64,000 nucleotides of DNA from Candidatus Woesearchaeota archaeon (GTDB lineage Archaea; Nanobdellota; Nanobdellia; SCGC-AAA011-G17; GW2011-AR18): NCBI GenBank assembly GCA_964497265.1, contig CAZCCK010000003.1, positions 2,972-66,971 on the forward strand, read 5' to 3'. Position 1 is the first letter of the stretch. The number at the start of each line of letters is the position of its first letter. Both the position numbers and the translations under genes were made by a program. Positions 9,590 through 18,874 of the stretch are shown here, piece by piece. The notes beneath the pieces were generated by a model, which searched no databases, was not told the DNA's origin, and saw nothing but the letters and a program-made list of their open reading frames with translations.

Positions 9590-11086
9590 ATGCCTAAGAG
9601 ATTTTATATTACCACGACATTACCCTATGTGAATGCAGATCCTCATATTGGTTTTGCTTTAGAGATTATTGAAGCGGATGTGTTAGCCAGATTCAAAAGG
9701 TTGCAAGGTTTTGAGGTTTTTTTTAATTTTGGAACTGATGAACACGGTTTAAAGATTTATAGAAAAGCAATTGAAGAAAAAAAGTCTCCCCAAGAGTATT
9801 GTGATGAGTATGCTAAAAAATTCAACGCATTAAAAGAAGCGTTAAATCTAACCTATAATAATTTTATTAGAACCACAGATAAGCACCATGTTGAAGCGGC
9901 TCAAAAGTTTTGGGATCTTTGTTTAAAGAACGACGATATTTACAAAAAAAAGTACGCAATTAAATATTGTGTGGGTTGTGAGTTAGAAAAAACAGATTCG
10001 GAGTTAGTTGAGGGAAAGTGCCCATTGCATCCCAACCAAAATTTAGAGAGGTATGAAGAGGAAAACTATTTTTTTAGATTTTCAAAGTATCAAAGTAAGT
10101 TATTAGAGTTATATCAAAAAAATCCAGAGTTTGTTTTGCCTAAAGAGAAGTTAAATGAAATTAAAAGTTTTGTAGAGCGAGGTTTAGAGGATTTTAGTAT
10201 TTCAAGACTGAAGAGTAAGATGCCTTGGGGAGTTGATGTTCCTAAGGACAAAGACCAGGTTCTATTCGTCTGGTTCGATGCGCTGGTAAATTATATTTCA
10301 GCAATAGGATGGCCTAAGAAAAAATCAGAATTTAAAAAGTGGTGGCCGGTAGTGCAAGTAGCGGGAAAAGATAATTTAAGACAACAAAGTGCGATTTGGC
10401 AGGCGATGTTGCTTTCAGCAGGCTTGCCTCCCTCCAAACAGATTTTTATTCACGGTTTTTTAACCGCGAATGGACAAAAGATTAGTAAGAGTTTAGGCAA
10501 TACCGTAGACCCTATTCAAATTTCAAAGAAATATTCTACAGATTCATTAAGATATTTTTTAGTGAGAGAAATTCCTTTTGGAAAAGATGGTGATTTTTCT
10601 GAAAGGGCGTTAATTCAAAGACACAATACTGAATTGGCGAATGACTTGGGGAATCTAGTGAGTCGTGTTCTAAGTATGGTGGAAAAGAAAGGAAATGTAA
10701 TTAAAAAAGCGCCTTTAGATAACAAATTAGCAGAGAAATTAAATATAAAAGTAGTTGAAGAAAAGATTGAAAAATTAGAATTGCATGAAGCATTACAAGA
10801 GATCTGGAGGTTTATTGGAGAGGTAAACAAACACATTAATGAGGAAAAGCCTTGGAGTATGGAAGAGAAAAAGGCAAAGAAACACCTCTACACGCTTTTA
10901 GAATGTGTGAGGATGATCAATATTCTGATCAACCCATTTATTCCAGAGACTTCAATGAAAATAAATAGTCAATTAAATGTAAAAGAAGGGATTTGGAAAG
11001 ATCTTAAATTTGGACTGATGAAAGAGTATAAGATAACTAAAGGAGAAATCTTATTTAAGAAGATTGAAGATGGAAGCAACAATTGA
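9590..11086 (+). CDS. metG: Methionyl-tRNA synthetase, short form with a single-knuckle CP domain
   Basis: FYITTTLPYVNADPHIG, GTDEHG, YCVGCE, VWFDAL and KISKS motifs. Confidence 0.95.
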   Translation: MPKRFYITTTLPYVNADPHIGFALEIIEADVLARFKRLQGFEVFFNFGTDEHGLKIYRKAIEEKKSPQEYCDEYAKKFNALKEALNLTYNNFIRTTDKHHVEAAQKFWDLCLKNDDIYKKKYAIKYCVGCELEKTDSELVEGKCPLHPNQNLERYEEENYFFRFSKYQSKLLELYQKNPEFVLPKEKLNEIKSFVERGLEDFSISRLKSKMPWGVDVPKDKDQVLFVWFDALVNYISAIGWPKKKSEFKKWWPVVQVAGKDNLRQQSAIWQAMLLSAGLPPSKQIFIHGFLTANGQKISKSLGNTVDPIQISKKYSTDSLRYFLVREIPFGKDGDFSERALIQRHNTELANDLGNLVSRVLSMVEKKGNVIKKAPLDNKLAEKLNIKVVEEKIEKLELHEALQEIWRFIGEVNKHINEEKPWSMEEKKAKKHLYTLLECVRMINILINPFIPETSMKINSQLNVKEGIWKDLKFGLMKEYKITKGEILFKKIEDGSNN

Positions 11087-11396
11087 AGATTTTCAAAAGT
11101 TAGATATTCGAATTGCGACAATTAAGTCTGTTGAGGATCATCCTAAAGCAGATAAGTTATATGTGTTAAAATTAGAAGTAGGATCTGAAGAAAGACAAGT
11201 TGTTGCAGGAATTAAAGCTTACTATAGTAAAGAAGAGTTAATTGGAAAACAAGTCGCTTTTATTTATAATTTAAAGCCAGCTATGCTTAGAGGGGTTGAA
11301 AGTCAAGGAATGATTTTAGCGGCAGATGATTCTAAAAACACGGTAGCTTTTCTCACACCTGAAAAGAAAATTGATACTGGTTCTAAAGTAAGATAA
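11070..11396 (+). CDS. Stand-alone tRNA-binding OB-fold protein (MetRS C-terminal domain / Trbp111-like)
   Basis: TIEDFQKLDIRIATIKSVEDHPKADKLY...NLKPAMLRGVESQGMILAA. ATG at 11070 overlaps the end of metG by 17 nt. Confidence 0.9.
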   Translation: MEATIEDFQKLDIRIATIKSVEDHPKADKLYVLKLEVGSEERQVVAGIKAYYSKEELIGKQVAFIYNLKPAMLRGVESQGMILAADDSKNTVAFLTPEKKIDTGSKVR

Positions 11397-11415
11397 AAAG
11401 AAAAAAAGAATGTGC

Positions 11416-11655
11416 TTATTTTTTGCACATCCAGCATCCCATAAAGAATTTTTTAATTCCCATAAGGATGAGTACTATTGCTACTGTAGTGTCAAGTCCT
11501 AATCTTCCTATCCAGAGTAAAACTCCTAAGAGAAGCATTATTAGGCCCCAAACGATGACCCATGAGCCGCAGTGGCATGAACTTCCGCCTGCTCCGCACA
11601 TCATACAGGTATTTTTTCCTGATGACATCATTTTCATGTCCATTCCTTTCTTCAT
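11416..11655 (-). CDS. Small Cys/Met-rich membrane protein with two TM segments
   Basis: A strong SD (AAGGAGGTG) precedes ATG 11655. CxxC...CxC motif, two hydrophobic helices and a C-terminal CxxC. Confidence 0.7.
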   Translation of the reverse strand: MKKGMDMKMMSSGKNTCMMCGAGGSSCHCGSWVIVWGLIMLLLGVLLWIGRLGLDTTVAIVLILMGIKKFFMGCWMCKK

Positions 11656-11770
11656 TAAAGACACCTCCTTTTTATAATTGTGTCAGAGTATTTTCTGAAA
11701 TTTCCTCTTTAAATGCTTTTTGGATAGAGGGGTTGGAATAGAGATTTTAGAAGAGATAAGAATAGAAGAG

Positions 11771-11885
11771 TGGGCCCAAGGAGATTTGAACTCCCGACCT
11801 TTCGATCTCTGCACAGCTGATATCAGTTTCATTTTAAATCCCGAAGGAAATAAACGAATGCTCCACCAGGCTGAGCTATGGGCCC
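11771..11885 (-). tRNA. tRNA-Ile(GAT) with two introns: 30/31 (11828..11854, 27 nt) and 37/38 (11807..11820, 14 nt)
   Basis: GGGCCCA/TGGGCCC acceptor stem and GCTC/GAGC D stem. Removing both introns gives TTCGA-CT-GAT-AA-TCGAA. The 30/31 intron has a clean BHB (CATT/AATG helix, CG|T and AA|A bulges). Mature length 74 nt. Confidence 0.9.
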
Positions 11886-12047
11886 GTTAAAAGAACGGCA
11901 ATGTAGAATGTTTATAAAAGTTTCTAGGTTAAGTGGGATCAAAGAAGTGTTAAGATTTTAGAAAGATCAAGTTCATTAATCAAATAAGTGAATATTCTTT
12001 ATAATAAGTTCTAAGAAAGTTTGTGGAAAAGAGAGAAAAGAAAAAAA

Positions 12048-12174
12048 CGCCCTCGGCGGGACTCGAACCTGCGACTTCATGATTTCTGCTCAACTAGTAA
12101 CAGTTTCGCCGTTTCAGTAAAACGCATGCGCTCTACCGGTTGCTCGATCTATAAGATCTCTGAGCTACGAGGGC
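12048..12174 (-). tRNA. tRNA-Asn(GTT) with three introns: 15/16 (12140..12159), 30/31 (12105..12124) and 37/38 (12084..12097)
   Basis: GCCCTCG/CGAGGGC acceptor stem. The spliced anticodon arm is CATGA-CT-GTT-AA-TCATG. Each intron forms a BHB/BHL motif (GCTC/GAGC, CGC/GCG, CTGT/GCAG). Mature length 73 nt. Confidence 0.9.
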
Positions 12175-12938
12175 AAATTTTTAAGTTCCTCTAATTCTGA
12201 AATAATGAAACTTTGAAGCTCCTTATAAAATTTTCTACAGGCTTTTGGAACAAAAAGAAAAGGTAAAAATCCCATATTTTGATAGTTCGAAAGCTTAGTT
12301 TTTAATCTTAAGAGTTTAGTAGGAGATGGATGTCTCCAAGCAGTAACTTCAATAATCAGATTTTTTATCTTAAAATCGGGAAAATAGACTTTAGAGTTAA
12401 TATTCATATAAGGTTCATATTCTAAATCAGTATATTTTTGAATAAGGAAATTTCCTATTTCTTGTTCCAATTTATTACGAACGAGGATACCGTTAGTTAA
12501 AGGATATGTATATCCCGGTTTTATTTTTTTAAATCGTTCATATTGAGAAAGGTAATATTCTTTAGGAAATTTTTCTTTCATGAATCTATGCCACTCTTTC
12601 ATATAAGAAGAACTATTTTGTTTTAAAAGTTGAAGACTAGCCTGAAAAGTTCCATTTTCTTTTTTGGAGATCACACAATTAAGCCCTCCTTTAACTTTTC
12701 CCCAATTAGGAGAGAGTTTTTCGATAATATAAGGGTTAAAGGAAGAAGAAGGAAGATTTAAAAAATTTGATAGTTTCAATAAGTCAAAATCAGAAATGTT
12801 TACTAATTCTTTTTTATAGCGATAGAGTTTACCTTTAGAGAGGTTTAATAAAAAACAAAGTTTTCTCTCAGATCCGGCTTTAGAAACAGCAAGATAGGCG
12901 AGTTCAGAAAGTTTTCCAGGAATAAGTTTAAGATACAT
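12165..12938 (-). CDS. Putative PD-(D/E)xK nuclease with an N-terminal HTH-like region (free-standing homing-endonuclease-like)
   Basis: RNKLEQEIGNFL...YEPY...YFPDFKIKNLIIEV resembles a PD-(D/E)xK/Vsr-like core. SERKLCFLLNLSKGKLYRYK is HTH-like. The TAG stop equals tRNA-Asn nt 8-10. Confidence 0.65.
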   Translation of the reverse strand: MYLKLIPGKLSELAYLAVSKAGSERKLCFLLNLSKGKLYRYKKELVNISDFDLLKLSNFLNLPSSSFNPYIIEKLSPNWGKVKGGLNCVISKKENGTFQASLQLLKQNSSSYMKEWHRFMKEKFPKEYYLSQYERFKKIKPGYTYPLTNGILVRNKLEQEIGNFLIQKYTDLEYEPYMNINSKVYFPDFKIKNLIIEVTAWRHPSPTKLLRLKTKLSNYQNMGFLPFLFVPKACRKFYKELQSFIISELEELKNLPS

Positions 12939-13007
12939 GATTAATAAATGATTTTAAAATTAATAAAGATGAGGGTAAAAATTCAGAAAATTTTACGGAA
13001 TCTAAAC

Positions 13008-14099
13008 TTAGTCTAAGAAGTCTTTTTTCTTTATTTTATCAGGTAAGTATTTTTCAGAAATGAAACTAATACCTTTGGAGCTTAAGGACTGGATTTCGAC
13101 TTTTGCGTTGTTATCTTTCATCATTTTGAATTGACGTTGCCAATCTTTATTGTCTTTGAACCAGTCGTATTGGCTAACCTGTTTAATGCGAGCGTGATCT
13201 TTTTCATCAAGCTTGATGAAGTATTTTTTCAAGTCGTAATTAATAACATCATCCGTGGTGATTCCAACGTATTTTACTCCCGGAATAGTTAATCTTTCTG
13301 AAGCGTGAGCCAGGGCTATTGAGCCGTATTTAATAACTGAATAAATATAAGCTCCATAAATATCTCCATCACATAAGACATAGATGGGTAGTTTGTGTTC
13401 TTCATAAAGACGTTGTAGTAATCTTCTAATTCCACGAGTAGTTTGTCCTTGGGAGGAGATGATAATGCATTTGTTTTTGAGCCAGAATTTATCTTCGTTA
13501 AGTCTTTCCCAGACTGCTGCTTTTTCCATGTAAAGAACGTATTCTGCGTCTACTTTTTTGAAAGAGAGTTCTTCAACGTTAGACGGAATTGACCAGCCGC
13601 CTGATCCGAGTTTGCTCCAATCGATAGTATCTCCTTTATCTTCAATAACAACTTTGCCTGCGACGCTTCCGTTTTTGTTTGCGTTGACGTGGAGGTTTTC
13701 ACGAGATAAGTCGGTAATAACTTCTAGGTCTTCAATAGCATGGTCAGTTTCAGTTTGATCATCTACTAAGTTAATATTCGTTCCTGGGATCGTCCTCTTA
13801 GTCATGTAGAAGACATCTCTTAAGCTTGAGTGTTTTCCGGATTCGAGAAGTTCTCGTTTGATGATGCTTGCGACTTCGACAGTTTGTAAGAATCTTTTTG
13901 CGTGTGCAACATTAAAGAAGCTTCGTGTTCCTACTTTTTTGCCTAATTTGAGGGTTCTCGATTTTGAGTCGAAGATGATATTGCTTAGATTACGTAAGGG
14001 AAATTCTATTTCTGGGTTTTTTCCTTTTTTAAGTTGGTCTACAAGTCTCTCTCCAAATTGTTTCAATGATCTTTTCTGATCCACTTTAGGACTACTCAT
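13008..14099 (-). CDS. top6A: DNA topoisomerase VI subunit A
   Basis: SLRDVFY catalytic Tyr region, MEKAAVW and [14 protein letters not shown] motifs. Confidence 0.96.
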   Translation of the reverse strand: MSSPKVDQKRSLKQFGERLVDQLKKGKNPEIEFPLRNLSNIIFDSKSRTLKLGKKVGTRSFFNVAHAKRFLQTVEVASIIKRELLESGKHSSLRDVFYMTKRTIPGTNINLVDDQTETDHAIEDLEVITDLSRENLHVNANKNGSVAGKVVIEDKGDTIDWSKLGSGGWSIPSNVEELSFKKVDAEYVLYMEKAAVWERLNEDKFWLKNKCIIISSQGQTTRGIRRLLQRLYEEHKLPIYVLCDGDIYGAYIYSVIKYGSIALAHASERLTIPGVKYVGITTDDVINYDLKKYFIKLDEKDHARIKQVSQYDWFKDNKDWQRQFKMMKDNNAKVEIQSLSSKGISFISEKYLPDKIKKKDFLD

Positions 14100-15738
14100 C
14101 TTTTACCTCTTCTAAAGTTTGTTGTTTTTCCCCAAAAGCAACATTTTCTCCTTTGATTTCAGTTTGTTCTGCTTTTTCTACGCCAGCTAAGAGGGCTTTA
14201 AGTCCCTTTTGTAAAACTTTTCCTAAAGCTTCCTGAATTGTTTCCTTTTTCTCGCCACTTAAATTGCTTAAAGAAGCTGCTAATTCTGGAATGTATTTTT
14301 CAAAGAGGTTAACTCTTTCTTGTTGTTCGCGTGCTTTAACTGTTTTTCTGATGTAAGAAGCCATTTGTCTGCCTGCTTCTTGTAAAGCAAGTTTCATTTG
14401 TTGGATAATTTCTGGATAGTGTGCGATTGCTTCTTTTGCTTCTGAGGTAAAAGGTACCCAGACGCTGACCATGTGAATGACAATAACTACAGGTCCTACT
14501 GGCAAGCTTTCTTTGCTTTGGCTTAGACCGTAATTTTTCCAAGCAGTGTCAACGATGCTTTCTGAGGTTGCGCATGCTCCTTGTTGGTAGAGTAAAGGAA
14601 CTCTGTTTGCGTATCTCATAATTCGGATAGGTTCTTCTTTAGATAAACTTCCCCCATAAGCGATTCCTACTTCGATAGTAAAGGGCATTCCTCTGTAAAC
14701 AGTAGGAGGTCTTGTGACTGCACAATAAAATTCTGCGTCTATTTCTTTTTTAAGACCTTTAATTAAAGCATCTTCTTTTAAAGGGTTTAAGCAGTCTGTA
14801 GGTGGAGCGATGATTTTTGTGTTTTGGATTGCTGTGTAGAGGGCTTCTGCTTCGTCTCTGGCAATGGTAGATGGTCTTGCTCGAGAATTGATTTTTGCTT
14901 TATCACAGATTTCTTGTGCGATTGAAGCGCTAACTCTAGAAAAATCAGTTTGTAAGAAGGAAGAAACACTACCCGCGGAAGTAGAGTGCATCATTCTGAT
15001 GAGAACACCTAATTCTACTCCATAAGGATGGGGTTTGATTTCTTTTGCCTCTGCTGGAAGTTCTTGCATTGCGCGAACGTAGTTTACTGTTTCTTTTTCT
15101 GGAGTGCGATAGGAGATTTGCGCGTGAGGATTAATAAGAGCGATTTCACGTAAGTATTCATCTACACTTTGTTTTCCTTTTTGATAGGTTCCTTGGAGTT
15201 CTATTTCTATGCGTGTTCCTTGAGCTTTATTCCATTCAACTATTTTATCTTGTTTGATTAAAGGTTCGTTGTGTTGAGTGTCAATGTGGATTTCGTAGTA
15301 GTGTGCGGGATGTTTTTCTCCGATTTTGGAGGTGACGAGCATTCCTTTTCCAGTTGTTAGTTGACCATAGAGTAAAACTGCGCTAATTCCTATTCCTTGT
15401 TGTCCTCTGCTGCAGCGTAGTCTGTGGAATTTGCTTCCGTAAAGGAGTTTTCCGAAAATTTTTGGAATTTGTTCTTTGACAATTCCAGGACCATTATCTT
15501 CAATAACGACTTTGAATCGATCTTCTTTGATTTGGTGGAGTTCAACGATAATATCAGGCATGATTCTTGCTTCTTCACAGGCATCTAGAGAGTTATCTAC
15601 TGCTTCTTTGACAGCCATTAAGAGAGCCTTTCTCGGATTATCAAAACCTAGAAGGTGACGATTTTTAGCGAAGAATTCTGAAACTGAGATTTCTCGCTGT
15701 TTCTCAGCCATTTCATGTGCTTTTGTTTTTTCGCTCAT
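14092..15738 (-). CDS. top6B: DNA topoisomerase VI subunit B
   Basis: [17 protein letters not shown] and [12 protein letters not shown] motifs; RYANRVPL. Confidence 0.97.
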   Translation of the reverse strand: MSEKTKAHEMAEKQREISVSEFFAKNRHLLGFDNPRKALLMAVKEAVDNSLDACEEARIMPDIIVELHQIKEDRFKVVIEDNGPGIVKEQIPKIFGKLLYGSKFHRLRCSRGQQGIGISAVLLYGQLTTGKGMLVTSKIGEKHPAHYYEIHIDTQHNEPLIKQDKIVEWNKAQGTRIEIELQGTYQKGKQSVDEYLREIALINPHAQISYRTPEKETVNYVRAMQELPAEAKEIKPHPYGVELGVLIRMMHSTSAGSVSSFLQTDFSRVSASIAQEICDKAKINSRARPSTIARDEAEALYTAIQNTKIIAPPTDCLNPLKEDALIKGLKKEIDAEFYCAVTRPPTVYRGMPFTIEVGIAYGGSLSKEEPIRIMRYANRVPLLYQQGACATSESIVDTAWKNYGLSQSKESLPVGPVVIVIHMVSVWVPFTSEAKEAIAHYPEIIQQMKLALQEAGRQMASYIRKTVKAREQQERVNLFEKYIPELAASLSNLSGEKKETIQEALGKVLQKGLKALLAGVEKAEQTEIKGENVAFGEKQQTLEEVKDE

Positions 15739-15783
15739 TTTTTTAGTGGAATTTTTATTGAGATATATAAATCTTTCTTAGAA

Positions 15784-16314
15784 TTAGAAACGTGTTCTCA
15801 AGTCTTTAGTTTGTTTTTCTAACCAAGCGTAAACAGTGGAATGTCTACTTCCAGAGAGAAGGGACTCTAGTGCTTTTCTAGCCAGAGAAACTGTTTGGTA
15901 AGGGCCGACAATGGTAATCGTTTTTCCGTAGACCGAGATGTGTGTACCAGTTAATTCTTCGATGTAGGCTCTTGATTTTCCTTCTGTTCCGATTGCTCGT
16001 CCTCGTACAACGATAAGTCTTTTTTTAGAATTGTTGGTAAAATCAGTCATGTCTATGCTTTCTAAAACAACATCGTCTTCTAAAAGGTCGAGTGCTTTGT
16101 CTGGATTAATGCCGCGACCGATTGCTTTAACAACGTTTTGTGCGGTTAAAAGTTTAAGACTGTCTTCTCCTGTGATTTCAACGTCTCCTTCTTGAGAATC
16201 AATGTTCATTTTTACTTCTAGCTTTTTCTCTATCTTTTTTCTTGTAGCTCCTTTTGGACCTATAAGAACAGCTATCCTATCTTTAGGAATTTTTGTTTCA
16301 TAGACAAAGTTCAT
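15784..16314 (-). CDS. KH-domain pre-rRNA processing protein (Dim2/Pno1)
   Basis: RIAVLIGPKG and GRAIGTEG KH motifs; syntenic with RIO1. Confidence 0.9.
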   Translation of the reverse strand: MNFVYETKIPKDRIAVLIGPKGATRKKIEKKLEVKMNIDSQEGDVEITGEDSLKLLTAQNVVKAIGRGINPDKALDLLEDDVVLESIDMTDFTNNSKKRLIVVRGRAIGTEGKSRAYIEELTGTHISVYGKTITIVGPYQTVSLARKALESLLSGSRHSTVYAWLEKQTKDLRTRF

Positions 16315-17009
16315 GTTTGGATTTTTTTTAAGACTCCTTCAACACTGAGTTTTAATCCCTTTTTGGTAAAGTAGTGAACAATTGTTTGAATGTCTCTTTT
16401 TAAAAGTTCTTGAGCGTTTGGATGTTGTAAGGTAGTAGCGTGACTCAAGTCAATGAGGACCGGTTTTTCTTGATAGTTTAAAATGTTGTATTCGCTTAAG
16501 TCGCCATGGACAAGTTTTGCTTTGTAAAGATTTTTTAAAGAACTTATAAGGTTTGCGCTAAATTGTTTCAGGTTTAAAGGAGTTTGTTCTTTAAGTTTAT
16601 TTGCGGCAATTCCATTATCTCCAATAAGTTCCATTACTAAAACATTTCCAAAGAAAGCGTGCGGTGCAGGTACTCTTACGTCTGCCTTTCGAGCAGTAAG
16701 TAAGTTTCTATATTCTCTTTTTGCCCAGGCTGCGATGACTTTTCTTCGTTGTTTTTGTATTCCTTCAAAACGGGAGTCTCCAGCGATGTAAGTGTACATT
16801 CTTCTAAAATCGCAAGCGTTCACTCGATAAATTTTCACAGCAACCCAATCCGTTCCTTTTTTAGCGTTAAAAACGTTGCTTTCTTTTCCAACAGAGATAG
16901 GGCTTACAAGTTCATCAAAATAGCCTTGGCTGCTTAGTTTAAATAAAATTCTTAATGTGCTTTCGTCAAAGACGTTTTCAAGAGGTTTGAATCTTTCTTT
17001 TCCAGACAT
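16311..17009 (-). CDS. rio1: RIO1 serine protein kinase
   Basis: ISVGKESNVF, AVKIYR, LVHGDLSEYNIL and IDLSHA motifs. Confidence 0.93.
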   Translation of the reverse strand: MSGKERFKPLENVFDESTLRILFKLSSQGYFDELVSPISVGKESNVFNAKKGTDWVAVKIYRVNACDFRRMYTYIAGDSRFEGIQKQRRKVIAAWAKREYRNLLTARKADVRVPAPHAFFGNVLVMELIGDNGIAANKLKEQTPLNLKQFSANLISSLKNLYKAKLVHGDLSEYNILNYQEKPVLIDLSHATTLQHPNAQELLKRDIQTIVHYFTKKGLKLSVEGVLKKIQT

Positions 17010-17059
17010 ACATTTTTTTAGTTAGAAATCTTAATAAGGGTTTAGTTTATGTTAAGGGG

Positions 17060-17596
17060 ATGATTATAGCGGATTTAGAAATGAGTGGTTTAGATGTGGA
17101 AAAGCATAGTATCTTAAGTATTGGTGCGCTAGATTTTGAAAATCCAAACAATACGTTTTATGGGGAATGTCGATTAAGAGAAGGAACTTCTTTTGAGTAT
17201 GAAGCGTTGAAAGTAAATGGGTTTAGTGTAGAACACATTCAAACGTATGAAAGGTCTTGTCAAGAGTTAGTAAAATCGTTTTATGAGTGGACGTTAAAGA
17301 TTAAAGATAGAACATTAGCAGGTCAAAATCCTGGAATGATGGATATCCCTTTTTTAAAGAAAGCATTCGAATTATACCATTTACCTTGGATTTTTGGTCA
17401 TAGAAGTGTGGATAGTCATGCTTTAGCGTATGCGTATTTTAGAAGGAAAAATGTGGAGATTCCCCTTAAAGAAGGAACGAGTGCTTTAGGTTTGAAATAC
17501 TTAATGGAATATTTTAGTTTAGGAGAAAGAGATGTTCATAATGCGTTAGAAGACGCAAAGATTACAGCAGAATTGATAAGAAGAGTATTAGTTTAG
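17060..17596 (+). CDS. DEDDh 3'-5' exonuclease (DnaQ/RNase T-like)
   Basis: ADLEMSGL (Exo I), GQNPGMMD (Exo II) and HNALEDA (Exo III). Confidence 0.85.
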   Translation: MIIADLEMSGLDVEKHSILSIGALDFENPNNTFYGECRLREGTSFEYEALKVNGFSVEHIQTYERSCQELVKSFYEWTLKIKDRTLAGQNPGMMDIPFLKKAFELYHLPWIFGHRSVDSHALAYAYFRRKNVEIPLKEGTSALGLKYLMEYFSLGERDVHNALEDAKITAELIRRVLV

Positions 17597-17692
17597 AATA
17601 GGTTATTAGAACGATTTTAATCAAGAAAAGTTAATTGAATAAAACTAAGTTAATTTAGTAAAATCTATATAGCTATTTCTCTTTGAAAAGGT

Positions 17693-18019
17693 ATGGCGAT
17701 AATTGAAGTAGAAACAATAAGAATCGGAGAAGCCATAGGATTAATTATTCCTAAAGAAGTAGCAGCGAAAGAAGGAATAAAAGCTAATGAATCTATAAAA
17801 ATAGAGATTAAGAAAAGACCTACAGTCGCTGAAGTTTTCGGGATGTTGGGAGATAAAAAATTACCAACTGAAGAGATAATTGCTGAAAATAAAAAATTAA
17901 ACCTTTCTTATGTTGATGTAGTCGGCTATATTCTCTCTAAAAGGTTAGGAGTAGGGTTTTTAACGGGAGATGAGGGCTTTAAACATTTGGATAATGTAAT
18001 TTTTATAAAAAAAGATTAG
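17693..18019 (+). pseudogene. AbrB/MazE-type antitoxin fused in frame to the C-terminal fragment of a PIN (VapC) toxin; probable deletion remnant of vapBC
   Basis: N-terminal IRIGEAIGLIIPKEVAAKEGIKANESIKIEI is an AbrB fold. C-terminal LSYVDVVGYILSKRLGVGFLTGDEGF is a PIN C-terminus. The PIN N-terminal D and E motifs are absent. Confidence 0.7.
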
Positions 18020-18348
18020 AATTCTTCAAATTCTTCCAATTCTTTTAAGTGTCCATTTCTCTTGAGCCAATCTACTTGGTTGGGTTTATATTTGTAAATA
18101 ACGTCTCCTTTTTCGTCTCCACCAAGTTCCCAAGGTTCAATTAAAAGAACGTCTCCTTCTCGCACCCAGAGTTTTTTCTTTAAACGCCCAGGTACCCTGC
18201 AGATTCTTGTTTTTCCGTCTAGACAGCGTACGCGCATTCTGCTTCCGCCTAAGCGTTGTTCAAGAATTCCGAAGGTTTCTTTTCCGCGGGGAAGTTTGAC
18301 CCTGAATACTTCTTGTTCTTCAGGATTATGTTGTTGAAAAGGAGGCAT
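18016..18348 (-). CDS. eif1a: Translation initiation factor aIF-1A
   Basis: RLGGSRMRVRCLDGKTRICRVPGRLKKKLWVREGD. Confidence 0.95.
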   Translation of the reverse strand: MPPFQQHNPEEQEVFRVKLPRGKETFGILEQRLGGSRMRVRCLDGKTRICRVPGRLKKKLWVREGDVLLIEPWELGGDEKGDVIYKYKPNQVDWLKRNGHLKELEEFEEF

Positions 18349-18387
18349 AAAGAGGAAAACAAATGGTAAATTTATAAAGGTATGCTT

Positions 18388-18843
18388 TCAATTGAAAACT
18401 GCTTCGCGTTTCCTTACCTCTTTCTTTGTATCCATTTCGCTAAGTCCGAGAAGTCTGAAAATGAGTTCTTTAACTTTTATTGCAGGAGTTCTTTTTAGAT
18501 TGAGGATAATCGTATGAGGCAATTCTTCTTTAAGTTTTGCTTCATCTCCGACTTCATTTAAAAAAAGCATGAGTTCCTCTCTTTTTACTCTAGCACAGTC
18601 TAAAGCATGATCAAAGCTGTAATGATTGTCACTGCTATCGATGATGAGAAGATCCCATGGAGGAAGGGTTTTTCTTTTTCGAGGGTCTAAAAACAGAGCG
18701 TAAGGAGCGTTAATGGTTTTAACATGAAATTTTGCGGAGATTCCTTTGCTAATAGAATCAATGAGATTGTTTTCTGCGATCGTTTGATATAAACCAAGAG
18801 AACGCGTAGAAGGACCAACATAAACAATGATTTTTGAACGCAT
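18388..18843 (-). CDS. Hypothetical protein
   Basis: 151-aa ORF with an upstream TATA box; no recognisable family. Confidence 0.6.
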   Translation of the reverse strand: MRSKIIVYVGPSTRSLGLYQTIAENNLIDSISKGISAKFHVKTINAPYALFLDPRKRKTLPPWDLLIIDSSDNHYSFDHALDCARVKREELMLFLNEVGDEAKLKEELPHTIILNLKRTPAIKVKELIFRLLGLSEMDTKKEVRKREAVFN

Positions 18844-18874
18844 AAAGAGTTTAGAGAATGAGAGTTTTATAAAG

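Noticed and set aside
11050..11090. Programmed frameshift joining metG to the tRNA-binding ORF
   Set aside because: The offset is +1 with no clear slippery site, and the downstream ORF has its own ATG, so an ordinary overlap is sufficient.
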